NCBI GenBank assembly: GCA_964016885.1
Contig: OZ024740.1
Coordinates: forward strand, 75,764,001-75,828,000
Length of the DNA stretch: 64,000 nucleotides
Direction: 5' to 3'
DNA from: Eledone cirrhosa
Lineage: Eukaryota
The position numbers and the translations under genes were made by a program. The notes below the pieces were generated by a model that saw nothing but the letters and a program-made list of their open reading frames with translations, was not told where the DNA came from and did not search any database. Below are positions 13,001-25,540 of this stretch, piece after piece (position 1 is the first letter of the stretch; every line of letters begins with the position of its first letter).

Positions 13001-13402
13001 CTTACCCAACTACACCTCTCAAAGTCAATGACACACGACCGTGACTTCTGGCGTCACGCAGTAATACAGGGTACCCGACCTCCCATGGGTACATGCTGAA
13101 GCATATAAACAATATGCCCCCCCCCCCCCCACCGCAAGGTGGTCGTGGAGGTGCCACGGCAAAAAAGCACCCAGCCCACACTGTAAAGTGGACGTGTAGG
13201 CGCCACGAAAAAGCACCCAGCACTCACTGTAAATGAGGTTGGTGTTAGGAAGGGCATCCAGCTGTAGAAATCAAGCCAGATCAGTTCCTGTATGAGCAAG
13301 GCATGGTCAGCCGACCAGACACTGCCCACAACAGGACAACCCGTCTAACCCATGCTAGCGTGGAAGAACGGACGTAAAACGGTGATGATGATGATGATGA
13401 TG
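10075..13402 (+). mobile_element. Near-complete young RTE LINE, subfamily A
   Basis: Uninterrupted ORF, ~290-bp 3' UTR, (GAT)n tail; both ends abut TA/CA microsatellite. Confidence 0.95.
10091..13099 (+). CDS. RTE LINE polyprotein: AP endonuclease, reverse transcriptase with inserted PHD-type zinc finger
   Basis: CVQETRW, SAYAPQ, AGDFNGHVG, QLDFIL, SQH (APE); NYRGIKL, QFGF, DLEKAFD, QGSVLSP, YADD, FCYLG (RT); CSVC..CPKC.WVHKRC..CSSC. Confidence 0.93.
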   Translation: MKGRAGEIVEMLERKEVDVCCVQETRWRGGSARVLVGKSQCYKFFWVGNDDGMGGVGILLADKWVDKVISVYRVNARIIKLRLVLNKTITTIISAYAPQSGLPDELKDRFYESLIHTTALTDDKDFLIIAGDFNGHVGKHCDGFNRVHGGHGVGTRNEEGFRLLEFCDANDMSICNTNFKKPDNHLITYRSGEHSSQLDFILIRGRDRWTVVNTKAFPSEECTSQHSLVVSDLTVRTRRALKQRPTWRRKIWKLKVPSTSNRFKDILLNAYDSKEEQIETFNVEENWEFLKNNLLEATDEVCGWSKTSSRRRVTWWWNNKVDEAVKAKRQAWKEWKNGGSRVHYIETKREARRQVYLARREAEDRKFKHVLQREDQKQEVFKIARQCVRDSCDVIGEKCIRNDKGELALTSAEKKDAWKSHYDRLLNEENAWEEETLPHVDPIEGPAVQVSGSVVSKAIRDMKIGKATGPSGIAAEMLKASGSVGHTITTRIVNQVILEGAIPKDWCSSIIVNCYKGKGDALDRGNYRGIKLMDQVMKVTERVIAQLIRDRVNIDEMQFGFVPGKGTTDALFLVRQLQEKYLAKSKPLYLAFVDLEKAFDRVPRAVIWWALRKLGVDEWLVKAVQAMYRGAVSKVRIGNEYSEEFSVQVGVHQGSVLSPLLFIIVLQAITEEFKTGCPWELLYADDLALIAESMVELENKFQTWKQGLERKGLKVNMTKTKVLISRRENRTQIPSGKWPCSVCRKGVGRNSILCPKCKQWVHKRCSGISGSLIKNVGFTCSSCAETASKQPQETSTTNLWEGPVETVDSFCYLGDRISNGGGCSESTITRVRTGWKKFRELLPLLAAKGFSLRMKGRLYDACIRTAMLHGSETWALKVEDLRRLERNEACMLRWMCNSNIRERQSINELRERLSIRGIKCCVQERRLRWYGHVMRMKDDSCIKRCRALEVDGNRGVGRPKMTWDEVIKADLTQLHLSKSMTHDRDFWRHAVIQGTRPPMGTC

Positions 13403-13441
13403 ACATATACACATATATAAATATACACATAAAAATATATG

Positions 13442-13533
<92 letters not shown>

Positions 13534-13582
13534 TACATACACACACACATATATATATATATGTGTATCTGTGTATATATAT

Positions 13583-14484
13583 ATCATCATCATCATCATC
13601 ATCAACGTTTAACGTCCGTGTTCCACGCTTGCATGGGTTTGGACGGGGGTAGTCCCACTTGAGGCAAGAGTGATTGTCTTGCTCGCATAGGACTGTCTGG
13701 CAGGTTTTCTACAGTTGGATGCCCTTCCTAACACCAACCACATTTACAGTGTGGGTCTGGGAGGTTTTTACCGTGTTGCCTACACGGCCACATTACAGCG
13801 TGGACTGTGTGTTTTTTTGTCGTGACACCTACACGATCTCATTTGTTTCGGCCTCGATGGCGCGGCACCAACATAACTTTACATAGAACGGGGTGGTGTG
13901 GATGGGGTGGTGGTGGTGGGACGGGGTGTATTTTGTTAGAGATGCCTACTGGCTGGAGTAGGTTTTACTATATATTTAGGTAAGGCGGGTCTTCTCTGTT
14001 ACTGAGTACCGCCAAAGGTCTCGGTCCAGTGACATTGTCTTGGAGAGGTGTAAGTGTGTGATGTCGGAGTTTATCAGCTCGTCCCAGGTTTTTCTAGGTC
14101 TGCCTATTCCGTGACTACCGTCTATCTTTATTGCCCTGCACTTTGTTATACAGCTATCGACTTTCATGCGCATCACGTGTCCATACCAACGTAGCCTTCT
14201 CTCGAGTAAACAACATCTGATCCCTCTTATCTCTAATTTTTTCCTTAGTTCGTTTATGCTTTGCCGTTCACGTATATTACTGTTACACATCCAGCGGAGC
14301 ATGCAAGCTTCGTTCCTCTCTAGTCTGCGTATATCCTCTGCACACAATGCCCAGGTCTCACTGCCATGCAGCATTGCTGTTCGTATGCAGGCATCGTACA
14401 ACCTGCCTTTCATTTTTAGGGAGAACCCTTTAGCAGCTAATAGTGGTATAAGCTCTCTGAACTTTTTCCAACCAGTTCTGACTC
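13583..14484 (-). mobile_element. 5'-truncated RTE LINE, subfamily B
   Basis: ORF 13976-14413 ([13 protein letters not shown]), B-type 3' UTR, (CAT)n tail, 5' end in (TA)n. Confidence 0.92.
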
Positions 14485-15971
14485 TATATATATATATACA
14501 GATATATTGTAGCTTGCATTAACCCGTCTTTTATTATTCAAAAAACTTCTTGCCAATAAACATTAACCCTTTGTGCGCCATTCATCTAACTGTAGACCAA
14601 CAAATACCAAAAAACAGAGCGTTGACAAGAACGATGGCGAATGAATGTTCGAGATAAGCAGTTTCCTCCCGAGCTGTTAGTTGACACGGGATTCTCTGCT
14701 CCACCTTTTCATAATAATACCGAACAACGTACTGCTGGTCACTCCTTCCTCCAAAAGCCGTACAAAGCATCTTTCTCTCTCTCCCTATATATATATATTT
14801 TTTACATATTTGTTATAAGAACAGATTAAAGTTTAAGCAAAGAATCGCTGCTTTCAACATTAACGGGATCTTCTGAAACAAAAAAATTTAATCTGTGAAC
14901 GCAGAAGTAAATATTTCGAGAAACGTTGCAACAAACGTGGCAATGAACGGGAAAAAAGCGAGGATAATACGTCATGTGGAGCGAGAAGAACAATTTCATG
15001 CAAAGACAAGACCAAGTTTATGGTATAAATGGAGTCGTTAGACTAATATTCTATTTAAAATAACAGAATGATTTCCAGCCCCGGAGTTTAAGAATGATGT
15101 AAATAAAATTGAAAACGAAAATGACAGAGGTTATTAAAATAGTAAAAGTAAATAGTGAAGATTTAGGCCAGTGCATACGTATGTGCCGACGGACATATAC
15201 ACACACACACATGCACACACACATGCACACACACGCACACGCACACACACTCACACACACGTGTGTGTGTAATCCTTATGCATTTCTACAGTATTTTCAC
15301 CAAACTTAAGACATAGGTTACTTATGTACTCCGGATGGTCATAGGCACTTTCATTTTTCCAGATATTGATTATAGGGCCTCCCGGCAGATAACCCCCTTC
15401 AACTGCTTCCTTGGAGTCAACTGAAGCACTGCAGTGCAATGCAACAAAACGTCATAACTTCTGGAGTTCGCAACCGATTTTCACAAAACTTGACACATGG
15501 GCTACGTTTGTTCTGCAGATGAATGTGAATTGGCACATATTGAGTAGGGGACTATAAAAGTATAGTTTTCGAAGCAGCACTGAAGTATTGACATAAATGG
15601 TATACATAATTGCTATTTAATACCTCTGCTTGTATATATATATATGTATATTAGGAATAAGAGGGATCAGATGCTGTTTACTTGAGAGAAGACTACGTTG
15701 GTATGGTCACGTAATGAGCATGAAAGATGACCCTATCCTCCCACTCTCACCAACACCACCCTCTCTCTGTAAAGTTGGTACCACATCATCCAGTCCAAAT
15801 GAATGAGATAATGAGATCAAGATCGTGTAGGTATCACGACAAAAAAAACAAAAAACACAGTCCACGCTGCGATGCGGCCGTGTAGGCAACACGGCAAAAA
15901 GTTCCCAGTTCCACACTGCAAATGTGGTTGGTGTTAGGAAGGGCATCCAGACACACACACATATATATATA

Positions 15972-17907
15972 TCATCATCATCATCATCATCAACGTTTAA
16001 CGTCCGTGTTCCACGCTTGCATGGGTTTGGACGGGGGTTTTCCCACTTGAGGCAAGAGTGATTGTCTTGCTCGCATAGGAGTGTATGGCAGGTTTTCTAC
16101 AGTTGGATGCCCTTCCTAACACCAACCACATTTACAGTGTGGGTCTGGGAGATTTTTACCGTGTTGCCTACACGGCCACATTACAGCGTGGACTGTGTGT
16201 TTTTTTTGTCGTGACACCTACACGATCTCATTTGTTTCGGCCTGGATGGTGTGGCACCAACTTAACTTTACATAGAAGGGGGCGGTGTGGATGGGGTGGG
16301 GTGGGTGGGACGGGGGTGTATTTTGTTAGAGATGCCTACTGACTGTAGTGGGTTTTACTTTGTATTTAGGTAAGGCGGGTCTTCTCTATTACTGAGTACC
16401 GCCAAAGGTCTCAGTCCAGTGACATTGTCTTGGTGAGGTGTAAGTGTGTGAGGTCGGAGTTTATCAGCTCGTCCCAGGTTTTTCTGGGTCTGCCTATTCC
16501 GTGGCTACCGTCTATCTTTATTGCCCTGCACTTTGTTATACAGTTATCGTCCTTCATGTGCATCACGTGACCATACCAACGTAGCCTTCTCTCTAGTAAA
16601 CAACATCTGATCCCTCTTATTTCTAATTTTTTCCTTAGTTCGTTTATGCTTTGTCGTTCACGTATATTACTATTACACATCCAGCGGAGCATGCAAGCTT
16701 CGTTTCTCTCTAGTCTGTGTATATCCTCTGCACACAATGCCCAGGTCTCACTGCCATGCAACATTGCTGTTCGTATGCAGGCATCGTACAACCTGCCTTT
16801 CATTTTTAGGGAGAACCCTTTAGCGGCTAATAGTGGTATAAGCTCTCTGAACTTTTTCCACTCAGTTCTGACTCTAGCTACTGTACTTTCAGAGCACCCT
16901 CCCCCACTGCTGATTTTGTCACCCAGGTAACGGAAGCTGTCCACTATTTCTATAGAACCCTCTGCGCAGTTGAAAGAGCTAGTATTTTGTGGGCACTTGC
17001 TGCTACTTATTGCCCCAGAACACCGGCCACATGTAAAATCTATGTTCTTAGTTAGCTTACCTGTGATCCCACTACATCTTTTATGCACCCAAACTTTGCA
17101 TTTGGGACACAAAATGGAGTTTCTACCTACGCCTTTCCTACACTCTGCGCATGGCCACTTCCCGGAGGGGACCGACGCCTTATTTTCTTTCTTACAAACT
17201 AGAACTTTAGTCTTAGCCAGGTTAATTTTAAGGCCTTTTGATTCTAGCCCGTGCTTCCATGTTTGGAATTTCTTCTCTAGCTCGGCCATTGATTCAGCTA
17301 TGCGCGTTAGATCATCTGCGTATAGGCGTTCCCATGGGCAGCCGGTCTTGAACTCCACTGTTATAGCCTGGAGGGCAATAATAAATAGTAGGGGGCTAAG
17401 AACAGAGCCCTGATGAACACCAACTTTTACACTAAACTCTTCACTATATTCGTTGTTAATTCTAACCTTGCTGACTGTTTCTTTATACATGGCTTGTATA
17501 ACTCTCACAAGCCATTCATCAACACCTAGTTTTCTAAGAGCCCACCAGATAATGGAACGAGGGACTCTGTCGAAGGCCTTCTCCAAGTCGACGAAAGCTA
17601 AGTATAGGGGTTTACTTTTAGCTAGGTACTTCTCCTGTAGTTGTCGTACAATGAAAAGAGCGTCTGTGGTACTTTTTCCGGACACAAACCCGAACTGCAT
17701 TTCATCTAGATCAATTCGCTCTCTGATTAGTTGCGCTATTACTTTTTCCGTGACCTTCATGACCTGGTCGATTAATTTAATGCCTCTATAGTTACTCCTA
17801 TCTAGGGCATCTCCTTTACCCTTATAACAGTTAACGATGATGCTGCTACGCCAGTCCTTCGGAACAACCCCATTCTGTATGACTTGGTTGACTATCCGGG
17901 TGACCAC
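15972..17907 (-). mobile_element. 5'-truncated RTE LINE, subfamily B
   Basis: ORF 16411-17907 with full RT motifs and PHD insert; premature stop near the C-terminus. Confidence 0.93.
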
Positions 17908-18135
17908 CTACTGTTCCTTTTTCTCCAGGTACATGGATAATATCCTTATACTTCATCATGCGCAAAAACATAAAATGAGGACATGTGCCCCTAGAGATAA
18001 TATTTCAATGAGAAGATGACAGCTGCCATTAGACAAGCCATCTGTACAGAAGGGGTGAATATACAGCTGACACACTCAGGACCCTCATTGAGGAGACTGC
18101 TCCACAGACACCAACCCACATAGAGCAATATATGA
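17908..18135 (+). mobile_element. Possible internally deleted Penelope-like RT relic
   Basis: FFSRYMDNILIL resembles the PLE RYxDD motif, followed by a linker-like AAIRQAI..GVNIQLTHSGPSLRRLL. Confidence 0.4.
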
Positions 18136-18214
18136 ACACTTCCTAATTGTCCTATCAACAATGCAGAAGTGTGCATGAGAGCATAAGCTTCATATTAGCC
18201 ACGCACGCACGCAC

Positions 18215-18251
<37 letters not shown>

Positions 18252-18282
18252 GATACATAGATATTAAAAATATAGAGCACTC

Positions 18283-18557
18283 CACCAGTTAAGACGGCCT
18301 GCTCATGAAATTTTCGCAGCTGAGCATTCCACAGACACACATTCCATTAAAGTAATTCTCAAGGAGATTCAGTGTGACACAGAATGTGACAAGGCTGGCC
18401 CTTCTAATTACAAGTACAACTCATTTTTGTCAGCTTAGTGAATAGGAGCAATGTGAAATAAAGTGTCTCGCTCAAGGAAACAATGTGCTACCGGGAATCG
18501 AACTCACAACCTTAGGATTGTGAACTGAATACCCTAACCACAAAGCCATGCATCTTC
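18283..18557 (-). mobile_element. tRNA-derived CORE-type SINE, second family (older copy at ~24715-24975)
   Basis: Minus strand has TGGCTTTGTGG A box, GAGTTCGATTCC B box and CCTTGAGCGAGACACTT. Confidence 0.8.
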
Positions 18558-19234
18558 ACATAGATACATATGTGTACATATGTACATGCATACATACACA
18601 CACATACACACATACTTACATACATACCTACATACATATATACCTACATACATACCAACATACATACATAGAGAGAGAGAGAGAGAGAAAAAGTTGTCAC
18701 TTCAGTGCCATGACAAAAAATCCTTAGATCACTCTAAAGTGGCCATTTTGGTGTCGCGATAAAAACACAATCCTCATTGTAAAGTGGTCATGTAGGTGAC
18801 ATGACAAAAAGTACCCAGTCCACACTGTATAGTGGTCATGTAGATGTCACAACAAAAGAAACACCTGTTCCACACTGTAAACATGGTTTGTGTTCGGAAG
18901 GGCTTCCACCAGCTGTAAAACCCCCTCCAAAACATGGTCCTGGTTTGAGCAAGATATGGTGCAGCCAACTGGCCAGACCCTACTTACAATGAGACCACTC
19001 ACTTCCCAAGATACAGTTCCACTATGAGCTAGATATGGCACAAGCAACTGACCAGTCCCTCCTCATAAAGGGGCCACTCAGTTCTACACAGTAAATACGG
19101 TTGGTATTAGGAAGGGCATCCAACTGTAAAACCCTCCCACCCAAAATACAGTTCCTTTTGAACAAGGTGCAGCACAGCCAACTGGCCAGACTTGTCTCAT
19201 AATGTGGATGACCCATCTAAGGTACCTCTCAAGG

Positions 19235-19618
19235 GTGATGACATACGACTGTGACCTCTGGTGCCACGCAATAATACAGAAGACCCGACTTCCCACGGGT
19301 TCAAGCTGAAGCCGAAGCATATAGACAATATGCCCCACCCGCTCCCACTGCAAAGTGGTCGTGGAGGTGCCACGGCAAAAAAGCACCCAACCCACACTGT
19401 AAAGTGGACGTGTAGGCGCCACGGCAAAAAAGCACCCAGCACTCACTGTAAATGAGGTTGGTGTTAGGAAGGGCATCCAGCTGTAGAAATCAAGCCAGAA
19501 TCAGTTCCCATATGAGCAAGACAAGGTCAGCCAACTGGGCACGGCCCACAACAGGACAACCCACCTAGCCCATGCTAGCGTGGAAGAACAAACATAAAAT
19601 GGTGATGATGATGATGAT
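19235..19618 (+). mobile_element. 3' end of RTE subfamily A (similar pieces at 26475-26860)
   Basis: Matches 13030-13400 including the (GAT)n tail. Confidence 0.85.
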
Positions 19619-20503
19619 AGATAGATTTAAAGGAGTCAAAGTCTGTGTTACAAACTTTATTTACATATTACAATTGTTTCGCTATCAATCAGCTCAAGAT
19701 TCAATCAAGGTGATGGGGCTTGACTTTTTTTTGATATCTCATCAGATATATGTGCAAAGACACATCTAAACACTCTGCACACTACAGACATAATACTGGA
19801 ATACAACCCAAACTAAACGGACCTCATGACAGCATTGAGTGCTTCGAACGGCATGCTGCCTGTAACTGCTGATACACATTTATCTAACATCTATGTATAG
19901 CTATGTTTTTTGTTTTCTACCATTTATTTCACTAGCCCTGTATAAATTTGAAATATAAAGTATATATAGTAATAATGAATACTTCTCTTCTTCTTTGCCT
20001 ACTTATTCCTGAAAGGGTCTTGGGGGCAGAGTTCTCAAACACTCCTTCCAGTAGGTCTTGTCAGAAGCAACCATTTCCATCTGATCCGGCTGGATCCCCA
20101 AGCGAGACCAGCAAAGTTGGAGAAGTAGCAGCTCTACCTCGAGTGACTCTCTGATCTCCGAGCTATGGACTCTATCGAGTTACATTACTCCACACACTCT
20201 TCAGAGGAACCCCATTTTAGTCGCTTGTATTCACGATTAAATTCTTTCTGTCATTACCCAAGATTCAGGATTGGCATGAATACCAAATTGAAGATGGCGA
20301 GTTTGGCTTTTACACCTGATTACTGAATTCTAAAGCAGGCACATTACTGTACCAACACCTGCAATTATTGCACTGTTTGTGTCCTTGTAGCATCATTTGT
20401 GTGATAATTGATTGTAAAATGTGTGTATTATCAAATTTTGCATCAGGTGCCAGGTTGACACTCAGCATGATTTGGAAAGAAGCAGAACTCAAAGGAAGTT
20501 TCA

Positions 20504-20536
<33 letters not shown>

Positions 20537-20559
20537 CACCCTGGAAGATAAACATTGAG

Positions 20560-20880
20560 AAGAAATTGAAATGATGTGGAGAGAAATCTTGGATGAAATA
20601 TGTGCTGGGAAATCTGTCAAATCAAGAAAAAGAAGGAAAGTGATTAAGGAATACTAAGTAACTTCAAGACCTAATATTCCATTGATCAAAGAAACTTTGA
20701 AACAGAAAGTTCAGCTAAAAGCTCAAGGAATCAGAAGATTTGAAAAGTGAAATAGGTTTTACAGGCAAAATAAGCTGTTTATGTCAGATGCAAAAAGGTT
20801 TTACAGGGTAATTGGGACACAAACAATTGAAGTAAAGGAACCTCCTTCAATTCATGAGGTTAAAGAATTTTGAAAAACAG
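20560..20880 (+). mobile_element. R4/Dong-like non-LTR retrotransposon fragment
   Basis: KETLKQKVQLKAQGIRRFEK*NRFYRQNKLFMSDAKRFYR resembles the pre-RT region of R4/Dong; adjacent to (TAA)n at 20505-20534. Confidence 0.55.
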
Positions 20881-22202
20881 TGGCTTTGTTGTTATGCCTT
20901 GCCTCTGCCACTTGGGGCCCATTGAATGGCTTTCATCCCCTTGTGTCTAAGAGCATGCCCTTTAGCTCTGACAATCCAGCCTTCATGCTTAGCATTGAAA
21001 AATTGGTTCAGGGCCAATCTCTTTGCAAGCACATTGGCTATAATGCCTTTAGTAAGTGCCTCTTTGATGGGTATTTGCACCACAGATATAAGATCGTGGC
21101 CTCCTACCTTCCATGGCTACAAACAGCTGTGTACAATTTGGCCGTTCAATATCAGGAATCCTTTATAGCTTTTCCTGATTTATTTGGAGTAAAAGCTCCA
21201 TCCTAAATCCACTCCCTGACATGATTTTTGGATTTGGAGGACATTTTTGTTATCTTTTTCATCATCCAAGATGGTTGATACTAGCCAGGAGATCTTTATC
21301 TCAGGTGGCACATTTTTTACAGTATCTTCATTATGTATTTCCCCATGTAATTTGGGATTAGCAAAAATTTTTCACTCTTTAAGGTGATGATAGAGTGAGC
21401 CCTTGCTTCATTTTTTTATGCAAATCTCACTTCTATTGTCCCATATTCTCTCTCTTTTTTTTGTCCATACCTCCTTTAAGACCTGTTCAGCTTCTAGAAT
21501 AGAGGGTTGCTCCCAGTGTTTATTGTGGAGATTTATACATTTATTAATGATTGTATATTTCTGTACATTTGAAATAACATCTTCCGACCCTACTATTAGG
21601 ACTTTCTCTGTATGAGATGCTTTGCTTCACTGAAGTTAGCTAAAGCTACCTTGCTATTTGTTGCTGCCTTTGCCGTGACACTATATTTGTTTTCTACTTT
21701 GGCATTGGTAGTAGTGTTATTGGCAACCATGGTGATGCTGGACAAAGTAGGGAAACTTTCAAATTCTTTAATCATGTTTTGTTTGTTGCTGCTGTTGTTT
21801 TTGTTGTTGCCTTTGTTCTGTTTGTAGGTACAATTATTGCTAGCTATGTTTGCTGCCATGAAAACTGCTGAATCATTCTCTAATGATTCCATTCGACAGT
21901 CAAAGGACTGGCCATTTTTGAATTTTGGAGAAGACGGGAACAAAATCCCACTTTGGAACGGGCATATTTGGAAAGATATTTCTTCAGCAGATAGAGCACA
22001 ATCTTATGTAATCCATTGTAACAGCATTTTGTGACAATTGTTGACAAAAATATAAAATTTAAAAACTCACCAGTGGCGAAAACAGCATGGCGTGATCCCT
22101 CATGTTTAATAATGATGATAATGATAATAATGATGATGATAATAATGATGATGATGATGATGATGATGATGATAATAATAAGAATAACGATGATAATGTT
22201 TT

Positions 22203-22880
22203 TGTTTTTACTTAACCAGGCAATCTTCACTTCTCATACTTAAGGAAACGTAAGCTTATTTCATACTGCCAAATTTCTTGCTATGAAATTTAATTTAATT
22301 TTATTTTATTTTGTTTACTTAATCTTTTTGCTAAAATCTAATTCACCATGTGGTGGTTTGACTCTCTCCCACCTCTAGCCCGCTTTCTCTCGCTACCTTC
22401 TCTTTCTGGGTTGCTGGGCTCCCCCCTCTCATTACTTTCTCTTTCTGATGTTTTTATTTTCACTTAACCAGACAGTCTTGACTGATAAAATGTAAGCTTA
22501 TTTCATACTGCAAAATTTAATTCAATTTTATTTTATCTTATTTTATCTTGTTTACTTAATCTTTTTACCAAAATCTAATTCACCATGTGGTGGTTTGATT
22601 CTCTCTCCCCTCTATCTCTCTTGCTACCTTCTCGTTTTGGGGTGTTGGGCTCCCTTCTCTCTCTTTCATTATCTTCTTTTTCTGATGTTTTTATTTTTAC
22701 TTAACCAGGCAAATTTCTAATTCACCAAATGGTGGTCTGACTCTCCCCACCCTTTCTCTCACTGTCTTTTCTTTCTGAGCTGCTGGGCTCTCCCTCCCCC
22801 TCTCCCTCCATCACTACCTTCTCGTTCTGTTGTTTTTGTTTTTACTTTACCTACAATAGTATCTTAACCAAGCAGTCTTC
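22203..22880. repeat. Three diverged ~180-250-bp tandem units, pyrimidine-rich
   Basis: Recurrent acttaaccag, tctaattcacca.tggtggt.tga and gctgggctc blocks. Confidence 0.75.
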
Positions 22881-22894
22881 ACATCACCTCTCTC

Positions 22895-23855
22895 ACCTGA
22901 CGTCCATTTTACACGCAAGCATGGGTTAGGTGAGCTGTCTTGTTGAGATAAGCCAGGTGAGAGTATCATGTTTTTCTCACACAGAATTGATTTTGGATTG
23001 GTTTCTACAGCTGGATGCCCTTCCTAATGCCAACCACATTTACAGTGTGTACTGGTTGCTTGTTTTCCTGATATCTACGTGACCACTCTACAGTGTGGAC
23101 TGGGTGCTTTAGTCATGATACCTACATGATCACTTTACAGTGTGGACTAGGTGCTTTTTATCGTGACTCCTACATAACTACTTTACAGTGTAAACTGGGT
23201 GCTTATTGTTGTGGCACCAAGATGACCACTTTATATTGCGGATTGGGGACTTGGGTGGGGGAGATGCATGGGGAATTGGGCAAGTAGATCTAGGGGTGGG
23301 GTGATTATGTGGGAGGTGTATGGGAGGGAAGATGGCGTATATTAGATGTATGCTTCAGCCCCTGTATATGGGAGGGCGAGTCTTCTGTATTACTGCATAG
23401 CGCCAGAGATCACTGTCCTTTGTCATCGCCTTTGTGAAGCGTAATTGTGCAAGGTCAGCTTTTATCACCTCATCCCAAGTCTTCTTAGGTTTTCCCACTC
23501 CATAGCTCCTATCAACTTTGAGCGCTCTGTACCATTTTATACAGCTGTCATCCTTCATATGCATCGCATGTCCATACCAATGCAATCTCCTCTCCTGCAC
23601 ACTGCATCTGATCCCTTGTATGCCTAGTTTCTCTCTCAGTACATTTATGCTTTGCCATTCATGTATATTACTATTACACATCCATCAAAGCATGGAAGCT
23701 TCATTTCTTTCCAATCTTCGCAGGTTCTCTGCACACAGTCCCCAGGTCTCACTACCATGCAACATTGCTGTTCATATGCATCATACAGCCTGCCTTTCAT
23801 TTTGAGAGAAAAATCTTTTGTAGTTAGCAGTGATAGTAACTCTCTGAACTTTCTC
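22895..23855 (-). mobile_element. Older 5'-truncated RTE LINE
   Basis: ORF 23355-23681 (ERRLHWYGH, GKPKKTWDEVI) plus diverged 3' UTR. Confidence 0.85.
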
Positions 23856-23975
23856 GTTCATGCATTTAGGATCACATCATACTCCCTGCTGGAAATTTTG
23901 GTTAGCGTCATGGTGTAGATCAGTGCATCCTTAAGCAGGGGTTCAGTGATAGAGGCTTAATAATCCTCTATATCA

Positions 23976-24690
23976 GAATATGATATTCATTAAACAGAAC
24001 CAAGCTTAGCATCACTACAGAAGTCTCGGGGTATTAAACTCTGTCAGTAGACATTGGCTGAAAACCAGCATAGCATAACAGTGAACAATTAAAGGATTAT
24101 CATTGCTGTAAAAGTGTAGAAGATTATAGAAATTGTATAAAATAATGGTATCAAGTTGTAGGAATCAGGTGTTTCTCTTCTCGGGTAATTCCTGGAACCA
24201 AGTGATTACCTTGGATGTTCTGCTCCATAGTGGGAGTGGTGAGACTTCTTGGAGTGATAGAATGATTCTGTCAAGGATCTTTTTGCTAATGGATCCAATG
24301 TCCAAGCATATGGGATTAATTACCTGGACCATTGGCTTTCTGTGGAAGTTTGGTTTGTGGTCCTTAATTGGATCCATTAATAAAAAGATTCTTGACAGAA
24401 TCATTCCATCACTCCAAGAAGTCTCACCACTCCCACTATGGAGCAGAACATCCAAGGTAATCACTTGGTTCCAGGAATTACCCGAGAAGAGAAACACCTG
24501 ATTCCTACAACTTGATACCATTATTTTATACAATTTCTATAATCTTCTACACTTTTACAGCAATGATAATCCTTTAATTGTTCACTGTTATGCTATGCTG
24601 GTTTTCAGCCAATGTCTACTGACAGAGTTTAATACCCCGAGACTTCTGTAGTGATGCTAAGCTTGGTTCTGTTTAATGAATGACATATTC
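23976..24690. mobile_element. Fold-back (~320-bp arms) built from a Penelope-like RT fragment
   Basis: Mirror ORFs 24133-24501 and 24165-24533; minus strand reads KDHKPNF..VINP..DIGSISKKILDRI..WSRTSKVITWF..*FLQLD, resembling PLE RT motifs 1-3. Confidence 0.75.
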
Positions 24691-25357
24691 GGAACACATT
24701 AGAATCATCTTTTCCCTATTAATGTGCATGTGGCTGAGCATTCTGCAGACATGTGTACCTTTAATGTATTTCTCAGGGAGCTTCAATGTGACAGATTTTC
24801 TGACAAGTTCAACCCTTTGAATTACAGGTACAACTCATTTTTACTATCTGAATGGGCCAAAGCAATGTGAAGTAATGTGTCTTGTTCAAGGACACAATGT
24901 TTTACCTGGAATTGAACTCATGGCCTTATGATTGTGAGCTAAACACCCAAACTACTAAGCAAGACACCTTTACAATGTAGAGTAGAGAATACTTTTCAGT
25001 CTGGCTGAGTGTATGACAACCTTTCTAGTGCTGGTACCATGATAAAATGTACTCAGTACATTCAGTAATGTGTAAGTGCTGGTCCCATTCTGTAAAGTAT
25101 TGGCATTAGGAAGGGCTTCCAACCATAGAAACTATGTTAAATATGGAATAACCTGTCCAGACCATGTTAGCATGAAAAGTGAACATAAAATAATGATGAT
25201 GATTGATTTATTTTTTATTTTTCTAATACAAAAATATTGCTACAATAGATTGTTTCCAGTTCTTTAAATTCTAGCAAAACATTAACTATTTCTATAGCAA
25301 TAATGTATTATTTTGGTAACATTTTATGAAGATGTTTCTCTTATTTTTCTCTTGTAG

Positions 25358-25540
25358 AAGAATAAAAATCTATTCTGCTCCACCAACACCATCTTTAACA
25401 TTTGAGAAGCAACAGTTTTATTTGAAAGGGAAGAAAATTCGCATATTAGCTGGATCTGTCCATTACTTCCGGATTGTTCCGCAATATTGGATGTCTGTTC
25501 TGAAAAAACTAAAAGGATGTGGTCTCAACACAGTGGTTAC
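25358..25540 (+). CDS. Internal exon of a glycoside hydrolase family 35 beta-galactosidase-1-like gene (GLB1L2/3-like)
   Basis: LTFEKQQFYLKGKKIRILAGSVHYFRIVPQYWMSVLKKLKGCGLNTVVT matches the GH35 N-terminal GSxHYFR...W...GLNT motif; acceptor ttttctcttgtag, donor AC|gtgagt (phase 2). Confidence 0.88.
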
